64,000 bases of DNA, taken from positions 544,001 through 608,000 of the forward strand of contig CAXXXF010000006.1 in assembly GCA_963667175.2 (NCBI GenBank), given 5' to 3'. Source of the DNA: Candidatus Latescibacterota bacterium. GTDB lineage: Bacteria; Latescibacterota; UBA2968; GCA-2709665. Made by a program: the position numbers and the translations under genes. Positions within the stretch are counted from its first letter, which is position 1; each line of letters starts with the position of its first letter. The notes under the pieces were generated by a model. It did not search any database. It had not been told where the DNA came from and was given only the letters and a program-made list of their open reading frames with translations. This document shows positions 10,693-20,836 of the stretch, piece after piece.

Positions 10693-11381
10693 TCAAGTAT
10701 AATCGTCGTACAGAAGTCGTGTACGGATGTCAGGTACGGATTCACAGTAGATGGGTGGATTATACTCAGTAGCAGACTCTGAGATGGTATCGATGACGGC
10801 CTCGTTGACCTCTCTCGCCTGGTTCCAGTGCGTCTCGAACCATTCATGGAGCTGAGAAACCTCGCGTGCGCTCTGAATCTGTACATTCAGTTCGACGTTC
10901 CTCGTGAGACCCGGACGCGTGAAATTGCTGGAACCCACCAACGCCTGGGCGCCGACAACCTCAAGCTTTGCGTGGGTGATGTAGGCCTTGGCGTGAATTT
11001 TTCCTTGTCGTACACACGACAATCAATTTGCCCGGAGCGGAGGCCGTCGAGGATCGCAGGGACCCCGTGCAAGAACGGATTCGGTTCCTTGTCGTCCTCG
11101 ATACTGTCGTCCAATCTGTCAATTGCCTGGGTCCGGACCGCTTCGAGAATAGCTTTCCGGGTCCTGAGCGTGGTCTCCGCGCCCATCAGGATCCGGATCC
11201 TGTCGAGCCCCTGCCATCTGCCATTAAGGTCGAGCAGGGCGCCGATCTCGAAGTAACCGGTCGCGACGTCGAACGCCGTCGCGATGCTGGACCACTCCTC
11301 CAGATACCGGAGGCCGGTCCAGCCAGAGACACTGTTATCGACGATGAAGAGGTCGCGGCCTTTTGAGTCAACATTCATCAC
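10693..11381 (-). pseudogene. N-terminal PLD-domain fragment of a PLD/SNF2-type restriction-associated helicase
   Basis: 'FDVATGYFEIG' then a frameshift near 10997 to 'HAKAYI..GSSNFTRPGL..NVELN'. Homology stops near 10785 and no helicase motifs follow. Confidence 0.75.
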
Positions 11382-11387
11382 GCGCCC

Positions 11388-11957
11388 TCAGGCGGTCCAG
11401 CGCATGACGTCGTCGAGCGGTTTTCGCCTGGGGGAGGGAATCTCGCTGGGATACCCCATATAGAAGAATCCGATGATATACTCCCGGTCCCGGTCCACGT
11501 CGAGCAATTCGTACGTTTCCTTCTGCATGGTGATCGGACCCGTGCTCCACTGCATTCCAACACCCAGTTCCCAGGCCGCGAGCTGCACGTTCTGCATGGC
11601 GCAGCAGGCCGCCGCGTAGTCCTCCCGACGCCGCTGTTCGTCTCCCTCCTGCACGCAGGAGACCGCGACGATCGTGGGTTTGGACATGAACTTGCCGTAA
11701 CCCGCCTGCCAGAGCACCTTTCGGGCGTCTTCGCCTGCTTTTTCGGACGCCTTGCCCTGCTGGACGTCGCCGTATCGCCGCGCCAGCGTCTCCTTGGTCG
11801 TTTCCCCCAGAACGACAAACCGCCACGGTTCCGTAACATGGTGATTCGGCGCCCACAGGCCGAACTCGAAGATGCGCTTCAGCATCTCGTCAGATACGGG
11901 CCTGGAATTGAACTTGAAGATCGTCCGCCGCGCTTTCAGTACATCGAGTACGTCCAT
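11388..11957 (-). CDS. nitroreductase family protein
   Basis: RRTIFKF, WAPNHHVTEPWRFVV, QNVQLAAWELGVG, YMGYP. Confidence 0.88.
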   Translation of the reverse strand: MDVLDVLKARRTIFKFNSRPVSDEMLKRIFEFGLWAPNHHVTEPWRFVVLGETTKETLARRYGDVQQGKASEKAGEDARKVLWQAGYGKFMSKPTIVAVSCVQEGDEQRRREDYAAACCAMQNVQLAAWELGVGMQWSTGPITMQKETYELLDVDRDREYIIGFFYMGYPSEIPSPRRKPLDDVMRWTA

Positions 11958-12018
11958 CCCGACCCTCCACAAATGAACAGAGCCCCCGCGGATGACGGGG
12001 TCACTGATTGCCGCGTAG

Positions 12019-13272
12019 TCAGTCCCGCCGTCCCGTCAACGCCTCCACGACCTTTCGGACCGCCCGGACAGCGGCGTTTGCCTCGGCCACGGTATTGTGC
12101 TGGGTCATCCGAACCGCCCCCACCAGTTCTCCATAGGTCCTGGCGTTGGGACACGCCTCAAGCGGATACGCCCCCTTTTTCAGCCTGCCGGGCCTGTAGC
12201 TGTTGAACGCCGCGGGATTCCGGTGCAACCTCCGGAACACCTGCCAGCCCACCACGTACTGCTGGGGGTTCCCGAATGCCGGTATCCCCTCCGCGGCGAC
12301 CATCCGGCAAAATTCCGGCGCATTCACCCCCAGGACGTCCGCGTTGACGGAAAACAGCGCCCACCAGTAACTGGGTTTCGCCCCCGCGGGCTGGGGATGC
12401 GGCTTCACCCCCGGCAGCCCGGAGATCCCCTGATCGAACGCCTCGCCGAACGCCTGGCGCCTGGCAATCCACTTCGGTACGCGCTTCAGCTGCACCGCCG
12501 CCAGGGCAGCGTTTACGTCGCTGAGCCGTACGTTCAACGCCGGAAAAGCGGGCGTCGCCGGCGCGCCCGGGAACCTGGGATAGCACTTGTCGGAAAAGAG
12601 GTCCGCCGTTTCGGCCAGTTTCCGACGCCGGGTCAGAACAAACCCGCCTTCGCCCGACTTCATGTGTTTGCTTTCGTTCGTGCTCCACGCGCCGAGCTGT
12701 CCGAACGTGCCGAGATACCTGCCCTTGATGGAGGCGAGATGCGCCTGCGCGCAATCCTCGATCACCATCAGCCGATGGCGGCGGGCGGCCCGCATGACCG
12801 CGGGCATATCCACGGCGTACCCTCCGTTATGGATCGGCATGATCGCACGAGTATGAGGCGTGATCGCGGCTTCCATCGCCTCCACGTCCATCAGCAACCC
12901 GTCCGGCTGCACGTCGGCGAAAACAGGGATCGCGTTCAACTGAAATATCCCCATAATGCTGCCATAGTCGGTCAGCGGACTCAATATCACCTCATCCCCC
13001 GCGCCGATACCCGCCGCGGCCAATGCCACATGGATGGCCGCGCTGCCGGAACTCGTGGGCACGGCATACGACAACCCGTAGAGCTTCTTCAGTCCCTCGC
13101 GATACGCCATAACGGCCCGGCCGCGGGCCAGCGGCAGCGCCGGACCTGAAAGCAGCTTCTCCAGCGCCGCCAGTTCCTCCTTGAAATGGAACGATCCCGA
13201 ACGCCACGGCTTGTTGTGTACCGGCCTGCCGCCGTGAACGGCCAGATCGGACTTCCTCGTAACCTTTGCCAA
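12019..13272 (-). CDS. DegT/DnrJ/EryC1/StrS PLP aminotransferase
   Basis: SSGSAAIH, IPVFADV, IEDCAQAH, SKHMKSGEGG. TTG start after GGAGG (ATG 13287 alternative). Confidence 0.88.
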   Translation of the reverse strand: MAKVTRKSDLAVHGGRPVHNKPWRSGSFHFKEELAALEKLLSGPALPLARGRAVMAYREGLKKLYGLSYAVPTSSGSAAIHVALAAAGIGAGDEVILSPLTDYGSIMGIFQLNAIPVFADVQPDGLLMDVEAMEAAITPHTRAIMPIHNGGYAVDMPAVMRAARRHRLMVIEDCAQAHLASIKGRYLGTFGQLGAWSTNESKHMKSGEGGFVLTRRRKLAETADLFSDKCYPRFPGAPATPAFPALNVRLSDVNAALAAVQLKRVPKWIARRQAFGEAFDQGISGLPGVKPHPQPAGAKPSYWWALFSVNADVLGVNAPEFCRMVAAEGIPAFGNPQQYVVGWQVFRRLHRNPAAFNSYRPGRLKKGAYPLEACPNARTYGELVGAVRMTQHNTVAEANAAVRAVRKVVEALTGRRD

Positions 13273-13319
13273 AATAACCTCCTCCATTGTCCTGTCCCGG
13301 CGCCCCGGACACCCGGCGG

Positions 13320-14414
13320 CTATACCGCGTACGTTTCCAGCACCTCTCTGTCGATCTCGATACCCAGACCCGGACGCTGAATCACCGGCACGTACCCGTC
13401 TACGGCGTGGATCGGCTCCCTGGCGAGTTCGGTTCGGAGACGGTTTTCCGTCATGTCGAATTCAAACAACGACGGGAACGGATGTAACGACTCGGGCGAG
13501 TCCGGCAGTGTCGCCTGCCAGTGTATCGTCGCGGCGAGGCGGATGCTGGTTCCCCACATGTGGGGCAGTACCCGCACGTGGTTGGCGCTTGCCAGCGCGG
13601 CGACTTTCCGGCATTCCGTAAACCCGCCGGCATCGCAGACGTCCGGCTGCACGATATCCAGACCGCGTTCCTGGATGAGATCGCGGAACGCCCACCTCCC
13701 CTGAAGCGCCTCGCCGCCGGCAACCCGCACCCCAAGCGCCTGTCTTACCTCGCGGTAGCCGGCCGCGTCGTCGGTTGAAACCGGTTCCTCGTACCACAAC
13801 AAATCGTTCTCAAGCAACTGACGCCCAACGTGGATCGCTGTCCCGGCATCGTATCCGCAGTTGGCATCCACCGCAAGCAGAACCGAATCGCCGATCGCCC
13901 CGCGCACCGCGGCCACGTTTTTGACGTCGTAATCCACGCCGAATCCGATCTTCATCTTCACGGCCGGGAACCCCAGATCCACGTAGGACGCCGCCTCGTC
14001 GATCAACGACCGGGTCATATCGGTTTTCCGCCGGCAGAACAATCCGCTGGCGTATGCCGGAATGCGTTCCCGGAACGCGCCGCCCAGGAGCCGGTGGATG
14101 GGCATCTCGAGGGCTCTGCCCACAATATCCCAAAGCGCGACGTCCACCGCGCTTACCTCAGAAAAACCGACCCCGCCGCGCAGATGCAGGTCGTTCCAGA
14201 TGACTTCGACGTCGAACGGATCGCGGCCCACCAGGCGGGCGCGCAGCGCCGCTTCGTTCAGATCCGAGACCCCTTCGCCCCAACCCGTTACGCCCGCGTC
14301 CGTGATGACCTCGATCACGCCCGCGGTCCTCGCCGTATTCCATGCGATGGCGTTCGCAAAGGGCTCTTTCAGAGGGTACCGGAGATTGTAGACCCTGATG
14401 TCGGTGATCTTCAT
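13320..14414 (-). CDS. mandelate racemase/muconate lactonizing enzyme family
   Basis: GWGE, VDVALWDI, KMKIG, VDAN, WYEEP, GGE, QPD. Confidence 0.9.
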   Translation of the reverse strand: MKITDIRVYNLRYPLKEPFANAIAWNTARTAGVIEVITDAGVTGWGEGVSDLNEAALRARLVGRDPFDVEVIWNDLHLRGGVGFSEVSAVDVALWDIVGRALEMPIHRLLGGAFRERIPAYASGLFCRRKTDMTRSLIDEAASYVDLGFPAVKMKIGFGVDYDVKNVAAVRGAIGDSVLLAVDANCGYDAGTAIHVGRQLLENDLLWYEEPVSTDDAAGYREVRQALGVRVAGGEALQGRWAFRDLIQERGLDIVQPDVCDAGGFTECRKVAALASANHVRVLPHMWGTSIRLAATIHWQATLPDSPESLHPFPSLFEFDMTENRLRTELAREPIHAVDGYVPVIQRPGLGIEIDREVLETYAV

Positions 14415-14434
14415 TTCGATTCAAAAACCCTGGC

Positions 14435-15235
14435 TCATACCGAAGTCCGCCGTCGGTTGTAAGCGACCGCCTCCGGAAACAGGTTCGTCAGGTGGTTCAG
14501 CGATTCGCTGACTTCACACTCGCAAGCCGAGCAGGGGAAAGGCAACGTACCTGTGGCGCGGAATCGTCTCCCGTTTCCGACGTGAAAGTCGCCGCGCCGG
14601 TCCATGAACTGGCCCCAATGTCCCATCGTATAGCCGATACGGGGATTCACGACCTCGCTCTCCGCCCAGCGGGTCGGAAACAGAGACCGGAAACGCGGCG
14701 TGGCATTCATCCAACTGCTGCAACGAACCATTGTGACGTCGGGGCGCCGCGCCCGTGAGTCCACAAGCATCCTGACCAGCGACGCCGCGAAAGGCGTGAA
14801 CATCTCGCTCAGCGGAGAATCGGGTCTGTAGACATTATCGACGTGGATGTTCAGCCGGCCCGACGACGTATAGTCGTAAGACCAGCACTCGTACGGCCGG
14901 TCGCCCGACAACCCCTCGTCAGCCACCCTCAAGCGGGCCTCGAGACAGGGCCGCAACAAGGCCAGCCCCGCATTCTCGAATCCCGTCGCCCGGGGATCAT
15001 CCCTATGCCGGATGAAAAGCGACGCCAGCCGGTCGACCAGGTCCGCCCACTCCGGTCCGACGTTGTCACCGGAGGGATGGTGTTTCCCGTCATAGAAGGA
15101 CGTGTTCCGGTAGATGTTCACCCGCTTGTTCACCACGTCGGCGAAGGGTTCCGCCCCGGTTCTGGTCCGGCGCCAGACGTACCACAGGGATAGCTTCGTG
15201 AACCCCTTCACGTAGCTAAGGCGAATCGGATCCAT
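14435..15235 (-). CDS. hypothetical protein
   Basis: 266 aa ORF co-oriented with neighbours, protein-like composition. Confidence 0.65.
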   Translation of the reverse strand: MDPIRLSYVKGFTKLSLWYVWRRTRTGAEPFADVVNKRVNIYRNTSFYDGKHHPSGDNVGPEWADLVDRLASLFIRHRDDPRATGFENAGLALLRPCLEARLRVADEGLSGDRPYECWSYDYTSSGRLNIHVDNVYRPDSPLSEMFTPFAASLVRMLVDSRARRPDVTMVRCSSWMNATPRFRSLFPTRWAESEVVNPRIGYTMGHWGQFMDRRGDFHVGNGRRFRATGTLPFPCSACECEVSESLNHLTNLFPEAVAYNRRRTSV

Positions 15236-15295
15236 ACCCGGTATCGAATTCCAGTGACCAGACGGGAACGCGCGACGAGTCGCGGGTGAGTGCGC

Positions 15296-16186
15296 CTATC
15301 CTCTCCCCGGAAACGTCAATTCGGCAACGCCCGACTTGTCCAGTTCGCCCTTGCCGATTTCAGTCAACCGGTCGTACTGGCGTTTGGCGGCATCCGCGAG
15401 CGGCAGTTGCAAACCGGCGTCGCTCGCCAGATTCAAGGCGATGCCGGAATCCTTGGCCGCGTGCGCCGAGGAGAAATAACACTCGTGATCCCGGGCCACC
15501 ATGTCCTCCCCGTCGGTTTCCAGCACCCGGGAATTTGCGCCCGTCTGCGAAAACACCTGCTGGAGCATCTCCAGATCGAGGCCCAGCGCCGCCCCGAGCC
15601 CCAACCCTTCGGCCAGTCCCGCCGTATTGATGTTCATCACCATATTCACGAGCGCCTTGACCTGCGCCGCCCGTCCGGCCGTTCCGATGTACTTCAGGTC
15701 CGTACTCATCGAGTCCAGGATCGGCCGCACGTCGTCGAATACCTCCCGCTTGCCGCCGCACATCAGATAAAGCGTGCCTTCCCGGGCCTGGGTGATGCTG
15801 CTTGCCATACACCCTTCCAGGCTTCTCGCGCCCGCCTGTTCCGCCAGCGCTTCGACGTCGACGTGTACCTGCGGGGTGATGGTTGCGCAATTGATGAAGA
15901 CTCTCCCGTCCGCGCCGTTCAGCAGACTGTCTCCTCCGGTTGAAAAAACCGCACGCATCGCGTCGTCGTCGGTGACGACCGTAATGATCTGAGCCGCCGC
16001 CGCGGTGACGCCCGCCAGCGTCGCCGATGCCTCACACCCGAGTTCCCGCGCCAGCTCGGAAGCGGCATCGGCTCGGAGGTCGTAGACCGAAGTCACGGAA
16101 AAGCCGTCTTCCTTCAGATGCCTTGCAATATTCGCGCCCATGCGCCCGACGCCCACCACACCGATTCTGAAATCAGAAGTCGCCAT
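15296..16186 (-). CDS. NAD(P)-dependent beta-hydroxyacid dehydrogenase family
   Basis: GVVGVGRMG, AQVKALVN, AAKDSGIA. GGAGG RBS. Confidence 0.85.
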   Translation of the reverse strand: MATSDFRIGVVGVGRMGANIARHLKEDGFSVTSVYDLRADAASELARELGCEASATLAGVTAAAAQIITVVTDDDAMRAVFSTGGDSLLNGADGRVFINCATITPQVHVDVEALAEQAGARSLEGCMASSITQAREGTLYLMCGGKREVFDDVRPILDSMSTDLKYIGTAGRAAQVKALVNMVMNINTAGLAEGLGLGAALGLDLEMLQQVFSQTGANSRVLETDGEDMVARDHECYFSSAHAAKDSGIALNLASDAGLQLPLADAAKRQYDRLTEIGKGELDKSGVAELTFPGRG

Positions 16187-16270
16187 GTTGCCCTCCGGCA
16201 TACAAAGAGCGTTCAACAGCCGGCGCATAAACGGATGCGGCCAACGGTCGAACGCTCCGGTCGGAACATG

Positions 16271-16705
16271 CTACAGGTTATTGTGGAATTCCGTCCAATC
16301 GTCCAGATTGTTCAGGTTTACCGCGTCCAGAATCGACCCGTCGTCGGCCACGCCGGCCGCGGACAGGATCGCCCCGCGGGTCTCGTCGTCGTGGTGATAT
16401 CCGTTAATGGCCGCATTGGAAGCGTCGATTTCATCCTGAGGAATGCTGCCGCCGCGCTGATCCACCACCCACTTCTCGAATTCGATATACGTGGGAAGGT
16501 TGCTCTTCACGTAGTCTACCGCCGCGTCACGATCGACTTTCAATCCGTCCAGCACCATCTGGTCGTAACCGGCGCCGCATTCCGGATAGTCGTCCGCCAG
16601 CTGGCCCTTTGCCGAAAGCGTCAGCTTCAACCACAACCTGGGGAGGTGGATGGCGCCCAGAGGACCTGCGACACCGGAACTGATAAGGGGAATCGTGCCT
16701 GCCAT
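16271..16705 (-). CDS. DUF5069-like protein
   Basis: 'GPLGAIHLPRLWLK..DYP..G.DQMVLDGL' pattern. AAGGAG RBS. Confidence 0.65.
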   Translation of the reverse strand: MAGTIPLISSGVAGPLGAIHLPRLWLKLTLSAKGQLADDYPECGAGYDQMVLDGLKVDRDAAVDYVKSNLPTYIEFEKWVVDQRGGSIPQDEIDASNAAINGYHHDDETRGAILSAAGVADDGSILDAVNLNNLDDWTEFHNNL

Positions 16706-16968
16706 GGTGCGTCTCCTTCTGAAGTTGGGGAGTTGAAAGGAAACCGCGTTATGGACACCGCGGCCAATGCGCCCCGTTCATCGGCCCGAGTGACTCATAG
16801 ATGTACAGGATGAAAACCCTGTCAAGTTGAAAAACACCGGACTTGCGCTACGGCCCTCAACAGTCCGTTGAAAAAGCCGCTCTGCAGGCAAGTCGCGATC
16901 TGAATGCCGTACACAAAACGAGCGGATGAGATCGACGCTCATCCGCTCCATTCCCGGGGCCGCCAATT

Positions 16969-17640
16969 TCATGCTTCCCGGCTGTTTTTCAACCGGTCGA
17001 TTTCGTCCCTGAGTCTGCCCGCTTCTTCGTAACGCTCCTGCCTGCTGGCCTGCTCCATCTTTCGACGGAGATCGTTGATCCGTACTTCGACGGAGTCTCC
17101 GGTGTCGGTCGATCCGCTCTTGGGGACTTCGGCCACCGTCATCAGCGCTTCTTCCTTTTCCTCAGAACGTTTGGGCGGGGCCCAGGCTTCGATGGTCTCG
17201 GGTTCCTCGTCTCCCTCGTCCGGCGGGTCGTCGTGTCCGGCCTCGGCGACGACGGCTTCCGAGACGTAGATCGGCGCTTCGTAACGCAATGCCAGGGCAA
17301 CGCAATCGCTCGGGCGGGCGTCGACACGCCAGCGCTTCGCGCCGCGCGCCAGCGACAGTTCCGCGTAAAAGATGCCTTCCTTCAACGCGACGATGTAGAC
17401 GCCTTCGATTGTGGCGCCGAGTTGCCCCAGAATCGACCGGACCAGGTCGTGTGTAAGCGGGCGCTGCGGGCGTTCGTTCGTGAGTTCGGCGTAGATGGCG
17501 CTGGCCTCCATCAGCCCGATCACGATCGGCAGCAGCACCTGTTGCTCGCGGTTGCACAGCCAGATCATGCGCGGTTGGGAAACCTGGACGGGTCGTAACG
17601 CGTTCAGCGTGCGTTCAATGTCGATCTTGACTTCCACCAT
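16969..17640 (-). CDS. bifunctional nuclease (DUF151) with C-terminal UVR domain
   Basis: LPIVIG..EA, RPLTHDL, DARPSDCVALA. C-terminal 'MEQASRQERYEEAGRLRDEI'. Confidence 0.9.
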   Translation of the reverse strand: MVEVKIDIERTLNALRPVQVSQPRMIWLCNREQQVLLPIVIGLMEASAIYAELTNERPQRPLTHDLVRSILGQLGATIEGVYIVALKEGIFYAELSLARGAKRWRVDARPSDCVALALRYEAPIYVSEAVVAEAGHDDPPDEGDEEPETIEAWAPPKRSEEKEEALMTVAEVPKSGSTDTGDSVEVRINDLRRKMEQASRQERYEEAGRLRDEIDRLKNSREA

Positions 17641-17724
17641 CGCCTTCCTCCGGGTTTTCATCGCCGGAAACGCAAATCGCAATATACGAAAGACAGGTTC
17701 GGCGGCAAAGCCAATTTACGCCCC

Positions 17725-19026
17725 TTAGAAGCATTGCGGCGCAAACCGTTCCAACAGGCGAATACACGCCGCCTCCAGCCGTTCCGCGCTTCCCGGCGCG
17801 ACTCGCGACCAGGGACCGGGCCTGACCTCGTATCCCCCCTCTGCATAGGCGCGGTGGATGGGGAAATATCCGATCCATCCATTCGCGTTGCCCGTAACGA
17901 ACCACGCGCCCGCCCGTTTGATCGCAAGCCCCGTCTCCACAAACACCTCCCCCGGAAGCGCGACCCAGCGCAGCCGTCCCAGAGCGATGGCCTGAATCTC
18001 CACGTGAAGGGGTCCCTCGGCGTGCTTGCGCGCGAGGCGCAACGCCAGGCGGTCTTGCGAGGACGGATCCCGCACCGCGTTTTTCTCCGCCTCTTCCAGC
18101 GTCGGGCAGGGCCTCGCGTCAAGTTCCAGTCGATCCGTTATGTGCGCAACTCCGGCGGACGGGAGCGGATCCCCCTTCTTCAGCCGGACGATCTCGTCCA
18201 GTGCCGCGCGACCCAGCGTTCCTCCGATCCGGGACACGTCTTCGAAACTGGTCGTTACGCATATCGAGTTCACATTGCCGCACGCGCCGTTGAGAAAGAG
18301 ACAGGGCGCGCCGTTGAGGCCAACTTCCACCGAGGCCGCGAGCGCGCCGGGATAGTCGGCGGAGACCGGCGGGAGCAGCATGGCCACGACCGGATGCGCG
18401 GCATAGTTCACCATCACGGCCTGCGGTTGTCCGGTCAAGGCTTCCAGATAAAGAACCGACAGCGCCTCGTCGACGGCCCAGGGTCCGGCCGCCTCTTCGC
18501 GCGGAGGCAACGACCCGGCCTGGTTCAGTGTGCCGTCTTTCAGGAGAATCCGCCGATGCCTGGCCACACCCTGGACCTGCGTCGCCCCGGCATACGCCCG
18601 GACCGGGATCCGCGCTTCCCACGCTTCGGCTACGGTGGATGCCAGCGAGTCCAGGTGAGCCTCCAGCCATTCCTGAATCCCTTCGGTTTCGCGGAACGGC
18701 GTCAGGCCCAGGGTTTCCGGCGTGGAGTGCGAGTGGGTGGCCGAGAGCATCACGCCCTCTGCCGGCAAACCCGTCCGCGCGGAAATCCGCGAACGCAGTT
18801 CAGCCGTGAAATTCCGCCCGGGCCCCAGAATCGCGTTGTCGTAACCGACCGCATCCACCGCCAATATCGCGACCGACGTACAGCCGTCGTCGAGCACCAG
18901 GGCCCTGGCGTACAGGTCGTCGTGGACGCCCTCGAACGAGGCGCAAGTGCCGTTTCCGGACGACGTCAGATAGGGAACCCAGGTGGGCGGGGTCACACAC
19001 CGCTTTGCGGCGCCGGCCATCAGCAC
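17725..19026 (-). CDS. neutral/alkaline ceramidase-like hydrolase
   Basis: GVHDDLYARALVL, SATHSHSTP, NYAAHP, SADYPG, GACGNV, LPGEVF, GYFP..GGYE. Confidence 0.8.
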   Translation of the reverse strand: MLMAGAAKRCVTPPTWVPYLTSSGNGTCASFEGVHDDLYARALVLDDGCTSVAILAVDAVGYDNAILGPGRNFTAELRSRISARTGLPAEGVMLSATHSHSTPETLGLTPFRETEGIQEWLEAHLDSLASTVAEAWEARIPVRAYAGATQVQGVARHRRILLKDGTLNQAGSLPPREEAAGPWAVDEALSVLYLEALTGQPQAVMVNYAAHPVVAMLLPPVSADYPGALAASVEVGLNGAPCLFLNGACGNVNSICVTTSFEDVSRIGGTLGRAALDEIVRLKKGDPLPSAGVAHITDRLELDARPCPTLEEAEKNAVRDPSSQDRLALRLARKHAEGPLHVEIQAIALGRLRWVALPGEVFVETGLAIKRAGAWFVTGNANGWIGYFPIHRAYAEGGYEVRPGPWSRVAPGSAERLEAACIRLLERFAPQCF

Positions 19027-19143
19027 CTTCGGGTACCTCCATTCACCGCGGGCGCCGGGATGGGCCGCGTGCCATCCGATCCCGGGTTGACACGATCGTC
19101 CCGAACGGATAAATTACGCGCATTCATCAGGAGAGGAGAATCC

Positions 19144-19968
19144 ATGGAACTTTCGCTTTCCGTTCGGGTTGCCGAGAGCTTCAGCAACAAACGGGTCGCG
19201 GACATCGCGCTGCCCGACCTTGCGGGCATCGCAAGACGGGCCGGATATGCCGCGCTGTGCATGCGCGCCTCGGTCGTGGGTGTCCGGAGCGCCCCCGAAA
19301 TCGTGGCTTCCGCGCGCGCACTGCTGAGGCGGGAAGGCCTTGCGGTCTCCATGGTCACCGGCGACTTCGCCGTTCCCGAAAACGGCGACGACGGCCCGGG
19401 CTGCCTGCGGAAAATCACCCCGCACCTGGATCTGGCTCAGGCTCTGGGATGCGATCTCATTCGCGTCTGCATCAAAACAGAAACCGACGTCCCGTTCGCC
19501 CGCGACGCCGCCGATGAAGCCGCGGACCGGAACATCCGCCTCGCCCACCAGAGCCATACCCTCAGCCTGTTTGAGACCGTGGAAGGCTCCCTGGACGTCC
19601 TAAGAAGAATTGGAAGGTCCAACTTCGGACTGATCTACGAGCCGGCCAACCTCGCCCTATGCGGCGAAGACTACGGCCCCGACGCGCTACGAAGATTTCA
19701 ACCGCACCTGTTCAACGTCTACCTGCAGAACCACGCACCCGACCCCAATGGCGATCGGCCGATGACCACCTGGGCGAGAGGGTCCGTAATGTCGATTCTA
19801 CGTCCTCTGGACGCGCCCGGGGGCATCGACTTCGACAGCGTCTTCGAGGGGCTGCACGCCATTTCCTACAACGGCTGCGTCACCGTACACCAGGCGTTCG
19901 GCGGCAGTCTGACCCCGGACGAAGCCGCCGCCCGATCCGCAAGATTCCTCAAGTCCTTCATCGATTAG
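19144..19968 (+). CDS. sugar phosphate isomerase/epimerase (xylose isomerase-like TIM barrel)
   Basis: AGGAG RBS. 'LAHQSH', 'NFGLIYEPAN', 'GIDF..L..ISYNG.V.V'. Confidence 0.75.
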   Translation: MELSLSVRVAESFSNKRVADIALPDLAGIARRAGYAALCMRASVVGVRSAPEIVASARALLRREGLAVSMVTGDFAVPENGDDGPGCLRKITPHLDLAQALGCDLIRVCIKTETDVPFARDAADEAADRNIRLAHQSHTLSLFETVEGSLDVLRRIGRSNFGLIYEPANLALCGEDYGPDALRRFQPHLFNVYLQNHAPDPNGDRPMTTWARGSVMSILRPLDAPGGIDFDSVFEGLHAISYNGCVTVHQAFGGSLTPDEAAARSARFLKSFID

Positions 19969-20019
19969 TGCGCTGTCCGGGGACGGCGTCGGGAGCGGGC
20001 TGTCGCTGCCCGCTGCGAC

Positions 20020-20385
20020 TCAATTCTCTCCCTCCCGCACGTATTCGGCGGTGATCTCGTGTTCGATCCCGCCCCTGACGTTGAACCGGCCGACCACGGT
20101 CATTTCGACCGGCGCGCAGACCTGAACCAGATCTTCCAGAATCCTGTTTGTCACGTCTTCGAAAAAAACGCCCCTGTCGCGAAATGACCTGAAATAGTAC
20201 TTGAGCGACTTGAGCTCCACGCATTGCTCGCCCGGAACGTAGCGCACCGTTATCGTGGCAAAGTCGGGCTGCCCCGTGAGGGGACACAACGACGTGAATT
20301 CCCGGCACGTGAATTCGATCGTGTACCGCCTGCCCGGACGCGGATTCTCGAACACGTCCAGGATTTCGCCAGCCTGACCCTGCAA
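20020..20385 (-). CDS. queF: NADPH-dependent 7-cyano-7-deazaguanine reductase (unimodular)
   Basis: EFTSLCPLTGQPDF with catalytic Cys/Asp, QueF motif ELKSLKYY, FNVRGGI. TTG after AGGAGG. Confidence 0.88.
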   Translation of the reverse strand: MQGQAGEILDVFENPRPGRRYTIEFTCREFTSLCPLTGQPDFATITVRYVPGEQCVELKSLKYYFRSFRDRGVFFEDVTNRILEDLVQVCAPVEMTVVGRFNVRGGIEHEITAEYVREGEN

Positions 20386-20423
20386 TCCGGCGCCCCTCCT
20401 GAAATCGGCCGCGCCTGCGGTTA

Positions 20424-20765
20424 TCAGCCCGCCTTCGCCGAATCCGCGGTCACGGTTGCCGCAATTCCTCCCCGTACCGCGAACTCGCCGACCACCTCCA
20501 TCTTCGAGGGGCGGCACGCCGCGACCAGATCATCCAGAATCCCGTTGACCGCGGCCTCGTTGGACACAGCCTGGTTCCGATACGTGCCCAGATACTGTTT
20601 GAGCGATACGGTCTCCAGACACCTGGCGCCCGGCACGTAGCGAATCGTGACCGTTGCGAACACCGGTTCATCGGTCACCGGATACACGGCCGTAAATTCC
20701 GGAAAGACGAACTCAATCGTATACGGCCTCCCCGGCTGAGGGTTTTCCACCGTCGTCAGACCCAC
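20424..20765 (-). CDS. QueF-like T-fold paralog lacking the catalytic Cys
   Basis: EFTAVYPVTDEPVF, ETVSLKQY, FAVRGGI. Collinear with the downstream queF. GTG after GGAG. Confidence 0.8.
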   Translation of the reverse strand: MGLTTVENPQPGRPYTIEFVFPEFTAVYPVTDEPVFATVTIRYVPGARCLETVSLKQYLGTYRNQAVSNEAAVNGILDDLVAACRPSKMEVVGEFAVRGGIAATVTADSAKAG

Positions 20766-20836
20766 CTCGACTCTCCATGCTCGCGTTGCGACCCGGCTCG
20801 CGCGCGGATAACACGGATGCTGCGGCGCCAGCGTCA

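Noticed and set aside
17734-19143. 744-aa ORF as one protein
   Set aside because: The first 470 codons are the antisense shadow of the ceramidase-like gene. The real start is 19144 after AGGAG.
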